The notes under the pieces were generated by a model. That model had not been told where the DNA came from, did no database searches, and saw only the letters and a list, made by a program, of their open reading frames with translations. Position numbers and translations under genes: made by a program. Below are positions 1 to 14,709 of a DNA stretch of 64,000 nt, piece after piece (positions within the stretch are counted from its first letter, which is position 1; each line of letters begins with the position of its first letter). The DNA lies in assembly GCF_009914755.1 (NCBI RefSeq), contig NC_060930.1; one strand, given 5' to 3'. Origin of the DNA: the human T2T-CHM13v2.0 reference genome, Homo sapiens.

Positions 1-332
1 ACAGATTAGTTTACTTAGTCTGTTCCATTTTTAGAAGCAATGATTTTTTTTGAAAAGGTTTAAATCATCAAGTTTCAGCTAAATTTTTAGAGTGATCCAG
101 ATAAAGGGAGACAAAGGAGGATGAAGGCTCATGCAATCAGCTGACATTTTTCTTAGGCTGATTTATTTAACATGTAGTTCAGCCTCCACAGTATTCTATT
201 TCTTTCAAGGTGATTTACAGAATAATTGTGTGTTTTACAATTAATGGCATCTTCTATTAATGAAATACTTTAATATATTGATTGTCATTCCTAGGTTACC
301 ATGCTTCATCTGCCAATGCATTGAAAACTTGG

Positions 333-962
333 AATGTAAATTAATTCAACCATTGTGGAAGATGGTGTAGTGATTCCTCAAAGACCTAGAAGCAGAAATA
401 TCATTTGATCCAGAAATCCCATTACTGTGTATACACCCAAAGGAATATAAACCATTCTATTACAAAGATACATGCGTGCGTATGTTCATTGCAGCATTAT
501 TCACAATAGTAAAGACATAGAGTCAACCCAAATGCCCATCAAAGACAAAGAATATGTGGTACATATACACCATGGAATACCATGCACCCATAAAAAGGAA
601 CAAGATCACATTTTTTGTAGGGACATGGATGGAGCTGGAAGGCATTGTCCTCAGCAAAATAACATAGGAACAGAAAACCAAACACCCCATGTCCTCACTT
701 ATAAGTGGGAGGTAAACAATGAGAACACATGGACACAGGGAGAGGAACAACACACATTGGGGCCTGTTGGAGGGTGGGGTGGGGGAGAGAGAGCATTAGG
801 AAAAGTAGCTAACTCATGCTGGGCTCAATGCGTAGGTGATGGGTTGATAGGTGCAGCAAACCACCATGGCACATGGTTACCTATGTAACAAGCCTGCACA
901 TCCTGCACATGTACCCCAGAACTTAAAATAAAAATAAAAATTTAAAAAAACTCAAGAAAAAG
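333..962 (+). mobile_element. L1PA (older, about L1PA10-13) 3' end, 5'-truncated
   Basis: ORF2 C-terminal remnant, L1 3'UTR (ggtgcagcaaaccaccatggcaca...gtaccccagaacttaaaataaa) and A tail. Confidence 0.9.
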
Positions 963-1805
963 AAAATTTGATTTCTCATTGTAATATTGAAAATATAAGT
1001 TAATAGATGGTAAATTGCAGGATATTTACATCATTAGAAGCAAGTTTCGTGACCGATAAATGTTTGTATGGGACAAAATTCTAACCAGCCTATGGAGGTT
1101 GAGGAGACTTCCCTGCTATTTTCACTAATTTTACCCAGCTTGTCTTTCACAAGTATGAATCTTGATGACACCATATGACCCCACATCTAGGTCAACCTGA
1201 AATGTGTGTTTTATTGAAGCAAGTTTTTGCCTATGTTTACTGTAGAGATAATTTTATATCCTCCTATATCCTGCTGTTGCTCTTGGGCAGTTTTCCCAGG
1301 TTTTGTGGGTGAAGATGTCCTCTGACTGATTTTCTGGCAATCCTTTGATGGCTGCTAGCTTAGGCCAACTTCCCTAGAGTGATGATTAAACTAAAGGTAA
1401 GAAGATATCAATACAGACTGTTAAAGTCAAGAGAGTGCATTTTGAAATCAACTTTGAAATATGAGACAACCAATAATCTATTATTTATTCTATTAATAAG
1501 ATGTTGAGAATTTAATCAAATTCAATTCACCTTTCTCTTGAAAATATACGTAAAATATACATTTTACTAGGCTTGTGCAGAGACAAGATGCAAAGATACG
1601 CAATCATTTATATTTCTATAAGCGAATTTAATCACCTGTTTCATGAACAAAATGATGAATTATTCACTCATTTGATATTAACATACACATTTTATGAAGT
1701 AATGGTCTTCATTTTGAAACAACCCATGAACTACAAAGTTTGTATTGTAAAAAATTTCCATGAACTTTTAGGATTGTTCTTAAAGGTAAAAAAGTGTCAG
1801 TGCAA

Positions 1806-1867
1806 TTCTATTTACTCTGCAGAGTAAATAGAACTCTACAGTGCATTGCACTCTACAGTGCAATGCA
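1806..1867. repeat. 28-bp perfect palindrome followed by an 11-bp-stem hairpin
   Basis: TTCTATTTACTCTG|CAGAGTAAATAGAA (1806-1833) and TGCATTGCACT-ctac-AGTGCAATGCA (1842-1867). Confidence 0.95.
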
Positions 1868-3067
1868 GAACAACTTTTTTTTTAAATTAAGAGATTCTTA
1901 TTCTATCACTTTGTGGAAAGATAAGTAATGCATACATTTTAACATACCTCTTTATCTATTATTATATTGGTTTCTACATCTATCTAGCTATTCTCTTCTC
2001 TAACATATTACTATTACATAAATATTAAGATAATTTAGTTTTATTGAATTTTCATTTCTCCAATATGGACATTTGTTGTTTCCTAAGTGAATGCAAAGTG
2101 CATTAGATATCATAGGGACAAAGTAAAATGGCTAAACCACTCAAATCACAAGGACATATTTTCTGTAGGTATTATGCATACTGAATACCTCCTTATCTCT
2201 GTTATTAGTTATTATTTCAGGTAAGCACAGAATAGGACAAACCCATGATGTGAGGTCCTACATGGAAATTTTAATTTTATTAAATTGAAGTAAATAAGAA
2301 TCGTTACAAAATAAACAAGGCAAATCATCTCTATCTCAAACTAATCCTAGAAGAGGACTGATATGTTGCTGAGATTCACTTGTGTTTCATATTCTCTTAG
2401 AATCCAAATTGTAGCTGCAATTACCTTGCATAACAAAAAATTATGTTCTAAATTTTTTTGTTTTTCATAAAGTGCTTCAAAAATGATCCTTCAATAGAAT
2501 TTTAAAATAACGATGAGGAGCTAGAGATTTCAAATCCACAATAACAAAGTTAATTTTCTAATGATACTTCATTACTAAGATTTTCTTAATTTTAGTCTTA
2601 GGGAGATTTTTTAAAATCATTAAATAATGTAATGAATTTGTTAATAAAAACTGGAATACAACTTCTACATGCCTGCATAATTATCTTCTAATACACACAC
2701 GCAGGAGCCTCATTTTCCTTTATGAATTTTGATCACTGCAGAATTTATACCTTCCAAAAGGAAATAGAAGAATGTGACTAAAACAAATTCGATTTTCATA
2801 AAACACACCTTTCTTTATTCATCACAGTTATGCTATATCCTCTAGAGATCTGCGTAATGTAAAATAGATTTTCTCATTAAATAACTGCACATGATTGAAT
2901 AATGTTTAATGTCTTTAAAATGTACCCTCTGTAATACATCATGCGATATCTTTTACTGCCATACAGGATACAGGCGGGGGAGGAGAGATTTGTAGTCTGT
3001 ATGGGGTCTAGCTCTAGCAAAGAAAAGGAAATATAATATGTGTTTTTAGTTCCAGCATTAAGTAGGG

Positions 3068-3139
3068 GAACTGAGGAAAGTTAGATAGAACTAAGGAAGA
3101 TAGAACTGAGGAGAGTTAGATAGAGATTAGATAGAACTG
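3068..3139. repeat. Degenerate tandem repeat of gaactgagga(a/g)agttagata
   Basis: About 3-4 shuffled copies of agatagaact / gaggaaagtt modules. Confidence 0.75.
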
Positions 3140-3949
3140 TGTAAAGGGACACGGATCATTGATTCTCATAACCTTAATAGAAATATCCCTTAAGAATATA
3201 CGCATTCCAGAAAATGGCCAGACATCACTAATTTCCTTATAAGGTGGAAATTTAAGTAAGACATACTAATTTTCTCAACTTCCTCTACCCCTAGAGATGA
3301 CAGAAATTAGACCTGAATTTTAATACAGCCTTTTTTTCAATTATAAAAATTGATGTGCCCAAGTATGTTTAATTATTTTGTTTTCTTGAGGGGCACAAGT
3401 AAATAGCCTCATTAGGAGATGTCCAAAGTTCATGGGGAAAAGATAGGCTGCTGTACAGGATTTTTGTTGAACTATCTATCTTGCACTCATTCCTGTTGAG
3501 ATCAAGCCAGTGATTGAGATTAGGATGGATGTAACTGGGGTAGCAGTGGGGAGGGGAATGAACTTTGATGAAACAAGTGCTGGCCAGGTCTGGAATTTAG
3601 GTCTAAGAAGTCCAAAAAATAAAATGTCAAACAAAAGGAAACATCAAAAAAATAAAAGATGGCAAAAGAAACTTGTACCTTGATCATGAGACGGGTGTCC
3701 TGGAAATAGATTTAGAGCATCTGCTTCTCTTACTTTGGCAATTGTAGAGTAATTTTAGAACACTGCTGGAGGCATGCTGAAGTGGGAAGCCAAAAACCTA
3801 GAACAACAAATATATTTAAGTCTGGCAGCCTCTATGCCTTGACAATTAAAATAGATGTAGCAGAGAAGGAAGAAATTATGAATACAGCAGCAGAGAGGTT
3901 ACCTTGTGAGAAGGAATAATTGTCCATTTGCGGGAACAGAGAAAAGGGA

Positions 3950-4960
3950 GGAAGAGACCATTAACTGCAACATAAAGCGTCTCACATCTTGTGACTTTCT
4001 TCAACTCAACCTAAAGCAGAAAAAAAAATAAATAAATAAAGTGAGAAGTCTTGTCTGATGCCTTCAGATATGCCAACAAAGCCAAGAAATATATTGATTC
4101 AAAAATATTTAATCTTATGAGAGGAAGATAACAGTGGAAAATCATATACTAAAAGAAACTGAACTATTTAAAAAATCAATACAAATTGTAAAAAGCACAA
4201 AGGTTGTCAAAGAAATAAACATAATGGAAATCTAAATAGTGATCAAGCTACTATAAAACATAACTGCTTAGCGATATTGGAAATGAAATAAAAAAGAGTT
4301 AAAATAAAAACTCAAAAGGATAGGTTGCATAGTTCATCAGTTATATAAATAGGTAAAGAAAGAGTGAGTGAGTTGAAGCAAGGAGGTGCAATGCTTTCAC
4401 AATGCATCGAAAAGGGACAAAGAGAGAGAATGATAACAAAGTCAAGATATGTGAAAACTAAAAGAAATTATCAAGATCCACCAGTGATAGTCATAAAAAG
4501 AGAGAAAGTATAAATAAATGTGACAAAGTATTTGAGAAAATGATTATGTATCATGAAAAGTAACATAAGATCTCACATAAAAAGAGGATTATGCCAAGAA
4601 TGGTGGTGCACTCCTATAGTCCCAGATACTCAGGAGGCTGAGGCAGGAGTAATACTGGAGCCCGGGAGTTCAAGGCTCTAGTGCACTATGATCGTGCCTG
4701 TAAGTAGTCACTGCACTCCGGCCTGGGTAACACAGCAGGACCCTCACCTCTGAAAAACAGAGGGAGAGAGAGAGAGAAAGAGACAGAGAGAGAGAGAGAG
4801 GATCATGCATTATGCAAAACAGCTAAGATTTAAGACACATACCTAGAAACATCACAATGAATTTAAATAACACAGCAAGAAGGAAAATTGTTTAAAGTTT
4901 TCAGAAAGGAAAAATAAGTCACATATAAGAGAAAAGACCTAGATGGATGTCTAGTTTTCA
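3950..4960 (+). mobile_element. Ancient L1M ORF1-region fragment, interrupted by a FAM
   Basis: A-rich, with degenerate ORF1 motifs (cacacctagaaacatcacaatgaa..., aaataagtcacatataag). Confidence 0.55.
4593..4757 (+). mobile_element. FAM (fossil Alu monomer) with (GA)n tail to about 4800
   Basis: Diagnostic gtgcactatgatcgtgcctgtaagtagtcactgcactcc segment. TSD-like agaggat(t/c)at on both sides. Confidence 0.8.
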
Positions 4961-5524
4961 AAATACTCCTGGGTATTTTAAACAACTTTGTTAAGTAATT
5001 GCAGCTATATTTTATACTTTGAATGATTGCAGTCATGACAGGCATGTTACAATGGCTTCTTTGTACATAATATACATTACTTTTTATATTTGTTTAGCAG
5101 CTCCTTTTATCAGGTTTAATAATTTCACTTCCATTCTTAATATATTAGGAAATATCAAGAGATTAGTCCAATTAAAATTTATTAGCCAGTATGAATGAAG
5201 AACACGTTAAAACTCTATTAAACAGATTTTTTAAAAAATCTGGAAAAATAACTGACATACATGTTCATGGGTGAGATGGTCTGGCAATGAAAGAAGCAAA
5301 TTTTTCTCAAACAATCTATAAATAAATACAAAGACAATCATAATCCATAGGATTTTTAGAGGGTGGATAGATGAACATATTGTAAGTTTTAAATGGGAAA
5401 ATAAGAACTTTTTAATAGGGAAATTTAAGAAAGATAATAAAAGAAGCCCCTCACCCTATCAGATATTAAGACAAATATGAAGCTTGAATATTGAAATCAC
5501 AGAGAAAAAGGCATAGAATGATTA

Positions 5525-5995
5525 TTCTATGAACTAGAGATTATTATGTTAAGTGAAATAATCCAGGCACAGAAAGATAAACATCACATGTTCTCACATT
5601 TGTGGGATCTAAAAATCATAGCAATTGAACCAATGGACATAGATAATAGAAGGATGGTTACCAGAGGCTGCGTAGGGTAGTTGGGGGTTGGGGAGCAGGT
5701 AGGGGTGGTTAATGGGTACAAAAATAGCTAGAAAGAATGAATAAGTCCTACTGTTTGATAGCACAATAGAGTGACTATAGTCAATAATAATTGTACATTT
5801 TAAGATAATTTAAAAGAGTGTAATTGGATTGTTTGTAACTCAAAGGATAAATGCTTGAGGAGATGAATACCCCATTCTCCATGATGTGCTTATTTGACAT
5901 TGCATGTCTGTATCAAAACATCTTATGTACCCCATAAATATAGACACCTACTATATATACACAAAACATAAAAATCAAATAAATAAATAAATGAA
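5525..5995 (+). mobile_element. L1MA (about L1MA2-3) 3' end
   Basis: tatgttaagtgaaataatccaggcacagaaagataaacatcacatgttctcac...caaaggataaatgcttgagg..., then an A-rich tail. Confidence 0.85.
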
Positions 5996-6739
5996 AAGAG
6001 AAAATAGTTTATAGGGTAAATAATATTTGATAAATTATCTTACTGTAAGGGGAAAAGTAGAAAAATAGATCCTCAGCTAACCTAAATTATTTTTAAAAAT
6101 ATTATAATATATGAAATATGTTGTAGGAAAGAATTCAGGAGCAAAGAAAACTGCAGGTCCAGGAGTTTCTACGAGTACATGCTCATGTAAAGGGGTTTAT
6201 GGAAGAAAAGTTAAGACATTTTTAACAAACAGATGAAGACTACTAAAGGAGGTGAAAACCTGAAAGATGAATATTAATATACAATTAATAGCAAATGGGT
6301 AACTTATGACCATATTTAAAAAAAGCTCAAATTACTTGTATTTGTTCAAAACAAAATGGTTTGTGCATTAAACAGATATTATTAGATATTGCTTGTTGAA
6401 AATATTACCATGGTTCAGATTATACTGGAGAAATCCTTTGTTGTTTCTTTGTGGCATTGTTTTATCTTTTAAGTTATCTTTTCCAATAGACTGTGTCCAT
6501 ATTTATATTAGTGGTACCATCAATAAATACGCTACCTTCAGCATTTTAGAATTTTCTGAAGGCAACTGAAAAGCAGGAGCTTGACTCGCGAATGATCACA
6601 TACTGTAGGTGCTTCTTCTTCGTATATTTGCAATTTTTATACAGTATAGATGCTGAACTATAACATTCCATATAAGTAGTTTGCAAATGCGCTTGACAGA
6701 GTAATAATTTTTTTAAAGAAAATAACAAAGATTCATAAC

Positions 6740-8340
6740 AAATAGAAATAGACAATACTAATAAAAGGATGCCTCAAACGTTTAGTTCTTTATTGTTCAG
6801 TTGAGAGCAACTTCTTGACAGAATTTTTTCTATCGAGAGGGTTTACACATACCATATGCCATAGTGATTTGTCAGCTTACAAATATGTTTCATAGCCCTG
6901 AACCACAGTGAAGAACTTTTTACCCAGATTTTAAAGCCCCACCAATTAGAAGAATTGCTTGTGATATATATAGCAGGTCAGGAAACCTCTGTTTTCTTGC
7001 ATCTGTAGATAATTGACCTGCTACACGGCGAACTTAAGCAAAATCTTAATTCATTCAAGCAAAAAAATGCAGGTTCACTTAGTGGTAGGGTAATGGCCAA
7101 GATAGAGGAGCCACATTCTCTCAGGTCCTCCTTCTTAAAACTGAAAAACTTGAGCATACATAACAAACAAGCATAAGAAGACTCTAGAAGTGAAACTAAG
7201 AAAGCAGACTGTGTAAGGACCTTGGACTTGAGTATCAGCATGAAAATGACTTCTCTGAGTTTCCTTTTTGCTTCCCATATATACTAGACAGAGCACTGCA
7301 GAAGTCTCAACCCCAGAACCACTAACAGGATCAGACAAAAATTAAAACAAACAAACCGAAACAGAACAAGGGAAGCCTGCTCAACTCAGCCAAAGGGTTA
7401 AGAAGGGTGAAATAATAAAAAAGAAAAAAATTTTTAGCCATAACTGTCTGACTCCAGACAGACAATGAAAAGACTGTCCACAAAATGCTTGGAATGGCTT
7501 CAGTAGAACTCAGCACAGGGGCCATAACACCTTACAAACTTCTGAAAAATTAAAGCCAATGAAAAAATTTAATAGAGAGAAACAATATATAACTATGGAG
7601 GAATAACAATTTTAGTGACAGTAGATTTCTCTTCTGAAACCACAGAGTTCAGAAGAGAGTGGCGTGCTTTACAAATGCTTAAAAAAATGATTAATCCTGA
7701 ATCCTATATCCGGTGAAAGTATACTTCAGGAATAAAGGGAAAATAAAGGCATTCTCACATAAAGAACAGTCAGATAATTTATTTGTAAGCCTACTCTTAA
7801 AGGAAGGCTAAAGGATGTTCTCTAGATAAAAATTAAAAGAGATGATAAGAGAAGTTTTAAAAATTCAGAAAAGAAAATATCAGAATGGATAAAAATGAGA
7901 GTTAAATACAAGAGACTTTTCTCTTCATGATTTTCTTAAAATATTTGTTGGTTGAAGCGAAAATTGTTACACCACACATGGTGATGTTTAGTATATGTAA
8001 AGTTAGTACTTAGTATAAATATATTGTTAAAGTGGGAGGGAAAGGTACCTAAATAAAAGTGAGGTTTCTACCCTTCACTCTAAGTGACAAAATATCAATA
8101 CAAGTAGACTGATAATTTAAGTATATATATAGTACACACACACACACATATATATGTAGAGTAACCACTAGGAGAAACTATACAAAGTGATACACACATT
8201 AAAATTAAAACACATTAAAAATGTGCAAATAACTCACAGGAAGGCAAGAAAAGAGAAACAGAGGAACAACAAACAGAGAAACAAATGAAAATAAATAATA
8301 TAAGGCCAACTTGAGCCTAAATATACTAATAATTTTAAAA
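6740..8340 (+). mobile_element. Old L1M 5'UTR/ORF1/inter-ORF fragments
   Basis: acagtagatttctcttctgaaaccacagag...atcctatatccggtgaaagtatacttcaggaataaagggaaaataaaggcattctca (ORF1 C-terminal region). The 5' boundary is uncertain. Confidence 0.65.
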
Positions 8341-10308
8341 AGCACAAAGAGAGAAAATGGTGGAGAGAGTATCAAGATGGATCATGATATAGTTCAGTAA
8401 AAAATTGAATTTGAAGCTTGGCCAAAGTGAGAATTCTGCTATGATAACATCATTTAATACATTATATTTAGATATGCACGTGGATACATTTTCAGTGATA
8501 GTCATCACGAGAACATCGGGCAAGGGAAATTTCAATGATACTTGAGTCTTCCTGAATACCTCTGCGAGGCATTATGGAGCAGTGGGAATGGTATTAGACT
8601 CAGTCCAAAGGAATGGTTAAAATGCGATAAGAACCCCATCGAAGCTCTCACATAGTTTCAGACACAAAGAGGTATCAGGGCTAAGACTCCAAACCAGGTC
8701 TGTTCTCTAAATTGAAACATGTTGCACTTAGAAGCTCATTCTCTATCATGGTTCTAACATTCTATTTATTATTTGACAGCTCTATGCAATGCTTAGTTTA
8801 ACAAGTATTTAAAAATCCTGTTCATAAAATGGTTGGAATGGATGAGAAAGAAAAGAACATTTTGAAAAACCTACATTTCATGTGTGTACTTTCCACATTA
8901 ATCTTCTAATAACTTCCTGTTATAGCTCTATATAGTGATATACTATTTTATGGCATCTAAATTTTGGAAGGAGCTATTCTTTGTGTAGGATCTCTCTGTT
9001 ACTTTCGAGCTATTTAACCATGAAGAAGTCATGTAAAATTTCGGAGTCTTAGTGTCTAAATATGTAAAATTGTAATAATAAATCCCACCACAAAAGGCTA
9101 TATGTAGTTGAAGTGATACCATATAAATAACATAATGTATTATTAACATTCAGCATAATTCTGAATACCTGAATATAGTTACTATTTGAAAAAATGATTT
9201 GACATTTACAACCTCAAGCTAGATACCTAAATGCAGTTGAGATTTGCAGAAATGAAATAATTATCATGCCTCTTCAGAGATAATTTAGCTTTATTTAAAG
9301 AACATGTATTTTTGATAAGTCTTTTACTAAATAATATTCTCAAGTTTTTTGTAATATAATTCACTTATATGCTTAAAGAAGCTCCAATATTCACAAAATT
9401 TTATCAACAAATGACACTCCTCCCCTGAACTTTTTCATGCACTAGAGGTATTTACATAAATAATTCATCAAGAGTGTTATAGGGTGTTGTACAAATTAAG
9501 TAAAAGACCAGACATGGTATTTATGGTCCTTTTGTGCCCAAATGCTTCATTCTAAAAGGGTTACTAAATGCAGTGTATATTGCTGTGAATGCCATAAATA
9601 CCACCTCATGGTCTTGTTTCGGAAGTACTTTTCTGGAAGGTTTTTGCATTTAAGTGGTAATGAATTCTGAACTTCAAGTTCCGTGAAGCCGGATAAAAAC
9701 ATTTCTATTCCATTTTTACATGAGGCCATTGGTTTCACAGTATGAAAATTTCTATATTGCTTCTTGATTTTTCTTCCCATAAAAACATGCAGTAACTACA
9801 GGCTAATATAAGTATAAGGAACGTACCACATTCCTACTATGATACAATGGTTTCCTGTATATGATCCCAGAACTGTTCTGGTATCACCATTCCTTTAGCA
9901 GTGTCCTTCTTTGTTAAGGAAAACACAGTATTTACCATGATGTCCCAACTATTTAGGCTTTGAGCACATTTCAAAAGTCCACTATTACCTTGCATGGCAA
10001 TTATCAGTCTGGACACTTTGAAAGATTTTATTTTCTTTGAAAGATTTTATTTTTATTTTAGTCTCCACATAAATCTATATAGAATATAGTATATATTGTA
10101 GTGTTCTTATAATGGAGAGTCAAGAATGTGCTACCTTTGTTTGGGACCTCATTTAGGCTTTCTTTTCAAGTTACCCAGTAATCTAGATCTATTTTGTGCC
10201 ACCCTGCCCTCCACTGCCACCTGACAACCTAAACAGATTTTTGTTCTGAATGGTGACCTTTTCTACCTTTGCTTCACAGATCATCCTGACTTTCATTCCT
10301 ACATGTAA

Positions 10309-10312
10309 ACAC

Positions 10313-10371
<59 letters not shown>
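10309..10371. repeat. Compound microsatellite (AC)n(AG)n
   Basis: Directly visible. Confidence 0.95.
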
Positions 10372-10778
10372 AACACATATCTGTTTTGGGCTCCTGAGTC
10401 TGTGACACTCCTCCCCAGACAGTGACCTTGAAATATACCATGAGTTTTCATACTATGAGTAAATGTGCTACTCTGTCCATAAACACTGTTGATAAGCTAT
10501 GGACATGAGGGTGATGTTGAAGACCATTCCGAAAAATTACACCGTTGTTTGCCACACATTTTCTTGGAGATAGCCTATGAAGCTATTTAAGTCACTTAAC
10601 CAATATTCATCTTTGAAGTAAACATGGTTTCTACTCCCTCCTGCAAGTCATGTGACACATGGTGGAAACCTAGGGAACTTTCTTTTATATCAACTTTCAG
10701 GAGAAAAGAGTGGATTCTGGGGAAAATAAAACACACTGAAACTAAAAACAAATACCAGGTATCGGGCTTTGTTTGTAG

Positions 10779-11117
<339 letters not shown>

Positions 11118-11529
11118 CCATATTTCTTTAATGTTCAAATTTACTAATGTTTATGTCCTCATTTGAAACAGGCAAAGATTTGTGCTTCTTGATCACTGAA
11201 TATATTAATATTTTGCAACACTAAGGATTCACTGTTTAATATTTTGTTTTCACTTTCATTCCTCTACTTACTTAAAACGTGTGTCTGAAAAGGTTTATCT
11301 GCATTTTTTTCAAATTATGTAATTTAATAAAATGAAATCAAAGGATTAGATATTTCAAATAACTCACAGCGGCATAAAGTGTTTCCAGTTATGATGTTAG
11401 AAATGTAAAAAATCAGAAAATGCTTGAGTGAAAGGAGGAATGAGAGCAACAGAGGACGTAGATGGAGGAGGGAAAGACTGGATCATGTCATTTGTATTAG
11501 ATTCTATAATTTTGACTTTTGGAAAACTG

Positions 11530-12600
11530 CATCTCTCATCAAAAGAATATAAAAACTTTAATCGTTTTTCTAACCACCTGCATAGTATTTCATATCATGG
11601 ATCATTCCTAATTTACTTAACCATTTATTGCACTTACGTGTATTTTTATAGCATTTGGTTTTCCTTTATTATAAATAATGCTTAAGTAAAAATCTTTTTA
11701 TAGAGATACATTTTTGCATGTGAGTATTTCAGTATAATACATTCCTTCATGAGAAACTAACAAACCAAAAACCATGTTATTTTTAATATCACTTGGTATC
11801 TTTAAATAGGGGTCTTTCTACAAACTTTTAGTTCCCACTAATGATGTATTGAAATGGTTGCCTCTTCCCACTTCTCTGATGGGTAGATTTTAACATATAA
11901 TTAATTTATTCTTGGCTGGACAGAAAGATAATCCTAACTATATTTGGAATACACTTTTTTGCATTATGAAAGAGGTAACTTTTCTGTTTAATGGCATGTG
12001 CATTTCTGTACCTATTTGGTGGTTTTTCTCTCCTTTTTTTTCTAATGTAACACTTTTCATTATTATCAATCTATAGATTCATTTTCTATATTTATGTAAA
12101 CATACATAAGTCACATAGATCAACTATGTATCGACCTTTTAAAAGATTTAAAAATTAATCTTAACCTTTCACTTGCTGTACTTCTGCCTTTATACATTTT
12201 TTTTTGTTTTCCAGTGAAATTACTATCTTCAAATAAATACTTTCAAGATTTCATGTCATGATTTTGTTCAAATTTCCTGCCCTAGTATTTTAATACTGTT
12301 TTCCAAAAATTATCTTTCTCATATGTAAATATCTTTATCAAAACACACATCTTTAATTTAATTTTAATTTTGGTGGTCTCTATTGAATAATTATTTTCCA
12401 AATGAATTTAGGATAAACATGTAAATTCTATAAAAGCTCTTCTTGATATTTCCATTCTGATTGCATTGAATTACTAAATAATGTGGTGAAATCAGGTATT
12501 TCTACTAAATTGAATGTCTTCTTTAATCAAAGGTAGTTTTATACTATAGATTTCTGTGAAAGCTCCTTTATTGTATTAATAAATTATTCCATACTTGTTA
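11530..12600 (-). mobile_element. Highly degraded L1ME-like fragment
   Basis: T-rich antisense L1 motifs (tagtatttcatatcatgg, gattgcattgaatt). Confidence 0.5.
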
Positions 12601-12744
12601 TGTTATTTGGGTTGGGGCAGAGACTGTTCATTTATCACCATAACACATGTTCACTGCTGAGTTCACAAAAGGGAAGAGTCCAGAGCGTGCCGCTCAACTA
12701 TGTCTGAAAGGCAGAGCTCAGGGACTGGAGTTTGAAGAGAATGA

Positions 12745-12985
12745 ATAATAATGCCAGCTAATAGTTATCGAGCACACTTTAAGCACAAGATACCTTTCTA
12801 AGGATTTTACATACTAACTCATTCAATCCTTAAAACAAACTTATGAAGTAGGTTCTATCTCTTACTATAACTTATAGATGAGGACAAAGAAAAATAATCT
12901 TTTTCAAAGTCACAGAGCAAGCACATGTTGTGTCCTGAATTCAAACCAGCTGGGTGACACCTCTGCTCATGCTCTTAATCTTTGT
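12745..12985 (-). mobile_element. MIR
   Basis: Reverse-complement MIR core: ctcattcaatcctt...atgaagtaggt...tatagatgagga...aaagtcacagagc...gaattcaaacc...catgctcttaa. Confidence 0.75.
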
Positions 12986-14240
12986 ATTACACACTTAGAA
13001 CTATTTTTTTTCTTTTACTACTGTGAAAGTACAGACTGCCACTGGATATTGTTTCTGCTTCAGAATTATTTGTTATTATTTATTCTATATTCAATAACAT
13101 TTGGAAAGAGGTGTAAGACTGTTTCCATTTTTTAGAAAGATGTTGCATGGTAAATAAGAGTTTTTTCTCTGTCATCTAAAATAGCTTTTTTAATGATTTT
13201 CCAAACAATATGTGTGATTCTGAAGGCTTTTGAGATAATAGAAGAATGGTGTACATGAGGTCATCCACCGCCCCCAACCTTCTTCATTACAGGGTACTTT
13301 TCACACAGTCAGTTTGCTCTGAGATATTTTTTGGGGGGAATACTTTTTATATTTAACAAATACAATTTATTGTGAGATAAGCCAACATATTATTTAAATT
13401 TGGGTAATGTAGACAAATGAGGTCAAAGTTTTGTTACTTGCTTATTTGATTTTCCTTAGACGTAGGCATACCCTTCCGCCTCCTTCCCCAACCCTTAAGA
13501 AATATTTGAATATGCTTACTCTTATGCAAAGTGGGAAGAGATGTGATTGGAATGCAAATTTTGAGAAGTATCATGTTAATTTCTAGAAAGAGCATATTGT
13601 AGTGTAAGAATACAGTAACACTGCCTGCCAATATGTTACAGTAGACTGCAGGATTAGTTGGTTATCTAGCATGCAAAATTCAGAACTCAGGGCTCTAATT
13701 TAATTATTCTAAAATCTAATGCTACCTTGGTGAGGTAAGAGAAATCACAATACCTGGTAATGCAAAAATGAGTAAAGATTTTCTACAGCACACACATTTA
13801 ATTTTCTTAGAGTAAATTATTACTTTGATTTTTGTAATGAGTTCCATTTATTAAATATTTCGGCTATAAAGTACCAGCCTACTTACTGTGTCCCAGGATG
13901 AGTCACTGTTCTCCTGATGTTAATATGTCCATGATTGTGCTAATGACAATTACTCAAAAGATAGATACAATCAAGTGGATAGATCTAACATATGTAGTTT
14001 AAGTAAAAAGTGAGAATGGGTCTGAAGGATTTACATGGGAGAAATGCCCATAGATCTAAATGGAAAGACATGGGTCATGTCAAGAGGGCGTCATTCTCAA
14101 ATTGTCCTCTTTTCTTGGAGCCACACAGAATTTTTGTACCTGTGACGAGAACCTCTGTATGATGCAGAATGGGTTTGAGGTATGGCTTACCTGTTTACTT
14201 TTGGAAAGTGGGTGATGTCTTTTTTTTTTTTTTCAAACAC

Positions 14241-14246
14241 TTTATT
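14241..14246 (-). terminator. Distal polyadenylation signal AATAAA
   Basis: Plus-strand tttatt about 1.03 kb downstream of the stop, followed after 7 nt by a genomic A14 tract on the minus strand. Confidence 0.7.
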
Positions 14247-14389
14247 GAAATGAGTAAAGAAATATACAAGTAGGTAGAACTGGGTATAACTTTGGTATAA
14301 TGTTAAAATTTGACCAAGTATTTCTAGCCTTCCCTTTCCCCATGTCAGGCCCTTCAATATTCCCTAAGGCTTCAGTGCATTTTACGTTA

Positions 14390-14695
14390 GTTGGCCTTAA
14401 CTGTGCTCTTCCATTGTGTTGAAATAATCATAACCTTTGCAACCCTGTTTACTCAGAAGATGTTCCTCATTCCACCCTAAGGCTTTCCTGAATCTCCAAA
14501 CAGAAGCTATTTATGCTCATCTGGCAATAATAATATGTGACCTATATGTCTTTAGGGACTTAATTTCTCATATTATGCTATTTTATATATCTTTTATACT
14601 GCCTTTGCAATGAAATGAAACTATATTCCTTCCATATATATAAACATGCATCTTGTATGCAATCAGTACTGAATACATATTTTGTTAAATTAATG
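14390..14695 (+). mobile_element. L2 3' end fragment within the CRISP1 3'UTR (antisense to the gene)
   Basis: Ends in the L2-like tail actgaatacatattttgttaaattaatg, preceded by ggctttcctga-type L2 motifs. Confidence 0.45.
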
Positions 14696-14709
14696 GCATA
14701 CGAAGCTTT

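Noticed and set aside
472-888. 138-aa ORF
   Set aside because: Off-frame read through the L1 ORF2 end and 3'UTR.
9547-9780. 77-aa ATG-initiated minus-strand ORF downstream of CRISP1
   Set aside because: No recognisable domain, splice structure or promoter. The length is within chance expectation.
10540-10632. Minus-strand stretch reading PC(L)/[10 protein letters not shown], faintly like CRISP1 exon 8 ([13 protein letters not shown]), as a possible decayed duplicate ICR exon
   Set aside because: It needs a frameshift, most cysteines are absent, there is no pyrimidine-rich acceptor and no other CRISP-like exon nearby. Most likely chance. TBLASTN with CRISP proteins would settle it.
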